A DNA stretch of 58,280 nucleotides, filler included, from Sphacelaria rigidula (lineage: Eukaryota), in assembly GCA_964200075.2 (NCBI GenBank). It is 6 parts of 6 records of this genome, joined end to end, with 100 filler letters (N's around TTAATTAATTAA, not from the genome) between each part and the next. Parts side by side here need not be neighbours in the genome. Positions count along the whole stretch, not along the records: positions 48,652 to 58,280 come from CAXNAA020008074.1; 5 more parts are not named here. One strand, given 5' to 3'. Within the stretch, counting starts at the first letter, position 1. Each line of letters opens with the position of its first letter. Positions 52,242 to 58,280 of the stretch are shown here, piece after piece. The notes under the pieces were generated by a model that was not told the origin of the DNA, did no database searches, and was given only the letters and a program-made list of their open reading frames with translations. A program made the position numbers and the translations under genes.

Positions 52242-55200
52242 GCACGAATTGAAACGAAGCGAAATGTAGACCGAACGGAAACCACAGCGAATATTGAAGC
52301 GAAGCGAAATATAGACCGAACCGGAACAACAGCAACAATTGAAGCGAAGCGAAATATGGACCGAACAGGAACAAAAGTATGAATTGAAACGAACCGGAAC
52401 ATAGGCCGAACCGGAACAACAGCAAAGATTGAAAAAATTGAAGCAAACCGGTACACCGAACCGGAACAGCAGCATGAATTGACGCGAACCGATATGTAGA
52501 CCGAACCGGAACAACGGTATATTGAAGCGAAGCCAAATACACACCGATCTGGAACAACGGCACCAAATGAAGCGAAGCCAAATATTGACTGAACCAAAAC
52601 CACAGCGAAAATTGGAGCGAAGCGAAATATGCAGCGAACCCGGAACAACAGCAATAATTGACGCGAAGCGAAGTGTGAACCGAATAGGAACAAAGGTATG
52701 AATTGAAGCGATGTGGACCGAACAGGTACAAAAGTATGAATTGAAGCGAACCGGAATATAGGCCGAACCGGAGCAGCAGTATAAATTAAATCGAAGCGAA
52801 ATATATACCGAACAGGAACAGAAGCATGAATTGAAGCGAACCGGAATATAGGCCGAACCGGGAGTAAAAGCCGAACCAGGACAACAGCAACAATTGAAGC
52901 GAAGCGAAATGTGGACCGAGCAGAAACAAAAGTATGAATTGAAACGAACCGGAATATAGGCCGACCCGGAACAACAGCAAAAGTTGGAAAAACTGAAGCA
53001 AACCGATACACCGAACCGGAACAACGGCACATATCGAAGCGAAATACAGGCTGAAACGGAACAACGGCCCAAAAATGGCGAGACGAAGCTATAGCAAAAA
53101 TGTGAGCGAACTGACGAATAGACCGAACCGGAACAAAGGAATATTGAAGCGAAGCGAAATGTGGACCGAATCGTAACAGCAACAGAAAGATTGGAGCGAA
53201 CAAAAAACAAAGACCGAAACGAATAACAAAAAAAATCGAAGCAAACCGAAGTATAGATCGATCCGGAACAACGGCACGAATTGAAGCGAAGCGAAATGTA
53301 GACCGAACCGAAACCACAGCGAAAATTGAAGCGAAACGAAATATAGACCGAACGGGAAAAACAGCTACAACTGAAGCGAAGCGAAATGTGGACCGAACAG
53401 GAAAAAAAGTATGAATTGAAGCGAACCGGAATATAGGCCGAACCGGGACAACAGCATGAATTGACGCGAACCGATATATAGACCGAACCGGAACAACAAC
53501 AAAAAATGAAGCGAATCGAAATATAGACCGAACCGGAGCAACAGCACGAATTCAAGCGAATCGAAATGTGGACTGAACAGGAACAACAACAAAAAAATGA
53601 AGCGAATCGAAAAATATTTTGACCGAAACAGCACGAACTCAAGCAAATCGAAATATAGACCGAACCGGAACAACAGCACGAATCTAAGCGAATCGAAATA
53701 TAGACCGAACCGGAACAATAGCATGAATTGGCGCGAATCGAAATATACAGACCGAACCGGAACAACAGCTTGAATTGACGCGAATCGAAATATATAGACC
53801 GAACCGGAACAACAGCTTGAATTGACGCGAATCGAAATATATAGACCGAATCGAAACCACGGTAAGAATTGAAGCGAGTCGAAATGTAGACCGAACCGGA
53901 ACAATAGCACGAATTCAAGCGAATCGAAATATAGACCGAACCGGAACAACAGCACGAATTCAAGTGAATAAGAATACAGTCCGAACCGGAACAACAGCAT
54001 GAATTGACGCGAATCGAAATATATTGACCGAACCGGAACGACATGAGTTGACGCGAAGCGAATTATAGACCGAACCGAAACCACGGTAGGAATTGAAGCG
54101 AAACGAAATATATACTGAACCGGAACAACAGCAACAATTTAAGCGAACTGATATATAGGCCGAACCGGAACAACGGCATGAATTGAAACTTAGAGGAATA
54201 TGGATCGAGCAGGAACAAAAGTATGAATTGAAGCGAACTGGAATATTGGCCGAACCGGAACAACGGCACGAATTGAAGCGTAGCGAAATGTGGACCGAAC
54301 AGGAACAAATATATGAATTGAAGCGAACCGATATATAGGCTGAACCGGAAGAACGGCACGAACTAAAGCAATGCGAAATATAGACCGTACCGAAACCACG
54401 GTGAAAATTGAAGCGAATTGGAATATAAATCGAACCGGAACAACAACAACCATTGAAGCGAAGCGAAATATATAGGCCGAACCGGAACAAAATTATACAT
54501 TGAAGCGAACCGATATATAGGCCGAACCGGAACAACAGCAACAATTGAAGCGAATCGAAATTTATACCGAACCGGAACAAAGTTATGAATTGAAACGAAC
54601 CAGAATATAGGTCGAACCGGAACAACAGCAAACATATAGCGAACCGGAATATATACCGAACCGGGAATAAAGGCCGAACCTGAACATCAGCAACAATTGA
54701 AGCGAAGCGAAATGTTGACCGAGCAGGAATGAAAGTATAAATTGAAACAAACCGAAATATAGGCCGAACCGGAACAACAGCAAACGTTGAAAAAACTGAA
54801 GCACGCCGATACACCGAACCGGAACAACAGCATGAACTGACGCGAACCGATATTTATTCCGAAACGGAACGATGGCACATATTCAAGCAAAGCGAAATAC
54901 AGGCCGAACCGGAACAACGGCCCAAAAATGGCGAGACGGAACAACGGCCCGAATTGAAGCGAAGCGAAATGTAGACCGAAGCGAAACCACGGTGGAAATT
55001 GAAGCGAATCGAAATATAATCGAACCGGAACGAAAATGTGAATTGAAGCGAACCGGAATATAGGCCGAACCGGAACAACAGCAAAAGTTGAGAACATTGA
55101 AGCGAAGCGAAATGTAGACTGACCCGGGACAACGGCACGAATTGAAGCGAACCGAAATATAGACCGAACCGGAACAACGACATATTTTAGGCGAAACGGA

Positions 55201-56295
55201 ACATGGACCGAAACCGAACAGGGACAAAAATAGGAATTGGAGCGAACCGGAAAATAGGCCGAACCGGGACAACAGCAAGAGTTGAAAACATTGAAGCAAA
55301 CCGATACACCGAATCGGAACAGCGGCATATTGAAGCGAAGCGAAACATGGACCGAACAGGAACAACAAACGAGAAAATTGGAGCCGACAGAAACATAGAC
55401 CGAACCGGAACAACAGCATGAATTGACGCGAACGGAAAAATAAAATGAAGCGAAGCGGAGTAAGACTGAAACGGAACATCATAAAAAATTGGAGCGAACC
55501 GAAACATAGACCGAACCGGAACAACAGCATGATTTGAAGCGAGCTAAAATGAGACCGAACCAGAACAACAGCAAAATTACAGCGAAGCGAAATGAGACTG
55601 AACCGGAACAATAGGAAAAATGGAAGGGTACCGAAATACAGACCGAACCGGAACAACAACAAAATTGAAGCGAAGCGAGACATAGACCGATCCAGAACAG
55701 CAACAGCAAGGTATGAAGCGTTCGGAAAAACAGGCCGAACCGGAACAGTAGCATGAGTTGAAGCGAAGCGGAATATGGGGAACATTGCATGAATTGAAGC
55801 GAGGCGAAATATTAATTGGAACAGAATAACAGCATGGAAACGAAGCTAACCGGAATATAGACCGAAATGGAACGACAGCAAAAATTGAAGCGAACCGAAA
55901 TACAGACCGAACCGGAACGACAGCGTAAGCATGAAGCGAACAAAAAAATAGACCGAACCGGAAGAACAGCATGAATCGGAGCGGGCCGAAAGATGGACCA
56001 AACCGGAAGAACAGCAAAAATTGAAGCAATCCGAAACATAGACCGAGCCGGAGCAACAGCATGAAAATGAAACGAACCGATATACAGGCCGAACCGGAAC
56101 AACAGCATGAATTGAACCGATCAGGAACGTAGATCGAATCGTCACGAGAGCAAACATCGAACCGAACCGAAACACAGACCTAACCGGATGAACAGCACAC
56201 AATTGGAACGAACCGACATCAAACGTCGAACCGGAACGACAACATAGGTCGAACCGGAACAACATCATGCAGCGGACAGCGGACCGAACCGAACC
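52242..56295. repeat. Degenerate minisatellite block B (~45-bp unit)
   Basis: Recurring aattgaagcgaa.cgaaatatagaccgaaccggaacaacagc. Confidence 0.92.
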
Positions 56296-58280
56296 ATCCA
56301 TTAATCGCAATTGTACCACAGCATACATCGAACCTGGGCTTTTGCTTTTTATGCGCATTAAAAAAAAAAAAAATGCTCGTTTTCCCATTTTTTTTCATGT
56401 TTAAAAGTGAACATTATGCGCCGATTTATGCGTATTTTGGTGAAATATGCGCCACTTGTGCGCCTTTTTCGCGTCCTTCTTGAGGCGGTTCCTGGCGGTA
56501 CCGCCCATGGAAGGTACCTTCCAGCAAGAAAACAAGACGTCACGTTGAACATTTCGAGAATCATTCTTTTTTTTTCTCATCAGTTTCACATAAACATGAA
56601 GTAGCTCCCATACAGCATCATGACCGATATCAGGCCCGCAACAAAGTTCAAAAAAAGAAATTACGAACACAAACCCCACGACTCCACGAACCACGCCTCA
56701 TGGAGCATCCGTGGGCAGCTTCTAGCTGCTGGACATGGGGTACATAATCCCGTTGGAGTACTATATGCGCCAAGTTACGCGTAAAACTTAGCTTTTATGC
56801 CTTTGTTATGCTGAAATCTCCAAAAACATAGGTCTTGAAAAAAAACGCATAAGCTCATGCGCAAAAACCCGTTTTATGCAAAGTGTTCGGGATTTTCTGA
56901 CCGCTGGAATAGTACCTTGTCCCCGCACTGCTCAGCCACTCACAGATTCTCAAGCAGGAAAACCTGGCAAATGCCCAGCAGGATGTTCTACTCCGTAATG
57001 GGACTCCTTGAGTACCTTTCCCGGATTGTTCTTACTTGATTTGAGTATAAACACCGATATTCGGATCTTTAGTGAGGCTTACAGTCCCAAGCTCTCCTAG
57101 GGTGCGCGAAAATCGTGCCTGTCTACATCGGCGCCGCACCCCCCGAATCGAGGTCTGCAAACGCACACTGTGCCTACGAGAGCATCCTCCGCACCCCCTT
57201 GCTCGAGGGTTATCGGTAGGCCTTGGGTTGGGGTTAGGGCTAGCGTCAGGGTAATTTCAATCCTAACACTTGCCGATAAATTTTTCAAGGGGTACTAGTG
57301 CGGAGTGAAAAATCTAGCTCAAAATGCCCACCCGAGGAGTGCAAAACATATCCGGTAAAATGATGTTCCATGTGTGTGTGTGTTTTTTTTTTTTTTGCTT
57401 TCAAGACATGATTTCTCCCTCATGAGCGCTTTTCTCCTTTTTTATTTTCACTGTTTAGCCTTCAGTGTACACGACTACCGAGAGGAGACTCGTTCGACAC
57501 ATGCATCCCTCAAACATCTCGATGTGTGGCAAAGTGAGACCCGAAGACCATCAAAAGTTCATCGCGTGCGTATTTTTGCAGAACGCCAGCTTGCGTACGT
57601 ACACTGTAGCGCTGCACAGCACACTGCAGCATACCGACCGGAGGCATCTGCTCCCGAAAACTGCCGTCGTTGACCACGGCGTTCGAAAAATGTTCCGACT
57701 GTATGAGCCGTGCAAATAAGCCAGCATGCAAGTTCGGCGTCGTTTGGAAGCGCGGGATGCCGGGAAGTGCTTTCAACTCGACCCCGCTTCTAACCTCTAT
57801 CCTCCCATCGTGTACACGTATGGTGCTAAGGAGGGTCTGCCTCGTAGAGGTGGGTTAACCGGCGTTGAGCTACAACCTATCTATGGTCGACATATGTTAT
57901 AGCTATCGCTAACCCTAAGCCTCCCCCCCCCAAACCAAGGCGTACCGAGAAGCATCGGGCAAGGGGGGTACGTAGGATTCCCCAGCCACAAGCGCCGATT
58001 TGAACGAAAACGCCTTCCGCACACGCGAGGAGCACACAGGACTGTCAAGCCCCACTAAAGATCCGATTCTCATTGTTGCACACTCAAATCAACCATGGAC
58101 ACATTGTAGCCCAACGCCGGTTTATTCTACTGCGTGCTGTAGTGATCGCTGCGGTTCATTTCGTTGCCCTGCGCTGTCACAGCCCCCCCCCCCCTGGTCC
58201 GGCGAGAACCCGGCGAGAACCCGGCGTGCTCCGTCCCGGCTTTGTAGGGGCGGACCCCCGATCGGGTTGGCGTCGGTTGG

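Noticed and set aside
52242-56295. CRISPR-like array
   Set aside because: No unique spacers; units are degenerate tandem copies; no cas genes; eukaryotic context.
49524-56388. Long minus-strand ORFs (up to 609 aa; FRFGLY / SVRFNSCCCSGS repeats) as real proteins
   Set aside because: They overlap in all three frames with frequent frame switches and arise from a satellite whose minus strand is A-poor, so stops are rare.

Overview
Eukaryotic, repeat-rich draft sequence, most likely from a brown alga (Ectocarpus-like stramenopile; inferred from intron style, gene content and the FNIP family). The window is not a contiguous locus. It is six unrelated, size-sorted contigs (9632, 9630, 9630, 9630, 9629 and 9629 bp) joined by 100-nt N44-TTAATTAATTAA-N44 spacers. 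Three genes are supported. (1) Three internal exons of an FAD synthase (PAPS-reductase family). (2) A complete two-exon gene of about 652 aa with about 22 tandem FNIP (LRR-like) repeats, each carrying a hypervariable two-residue position. (3) The 5' six exons of an IQ-motif + T-complex-11 (TCP11) domain gene with a GC-AG intron. The rest is non-autonomous DNA transposons (a self-nested hAT-like MITE, a TA-flanked Tc1/mariner-like MITE with an internal hairpin, piggyBac-like TTAA elements), a tRNA-derived SINE head, a scrambled repeat mosaic (contig 1) and a ~6.7 kb strand-asymmetric minisatellite (contig 6). Most short ORFs in the track are spurious. The best candidate for an undescribed system is the FNIP solenoid with variable di-residues.
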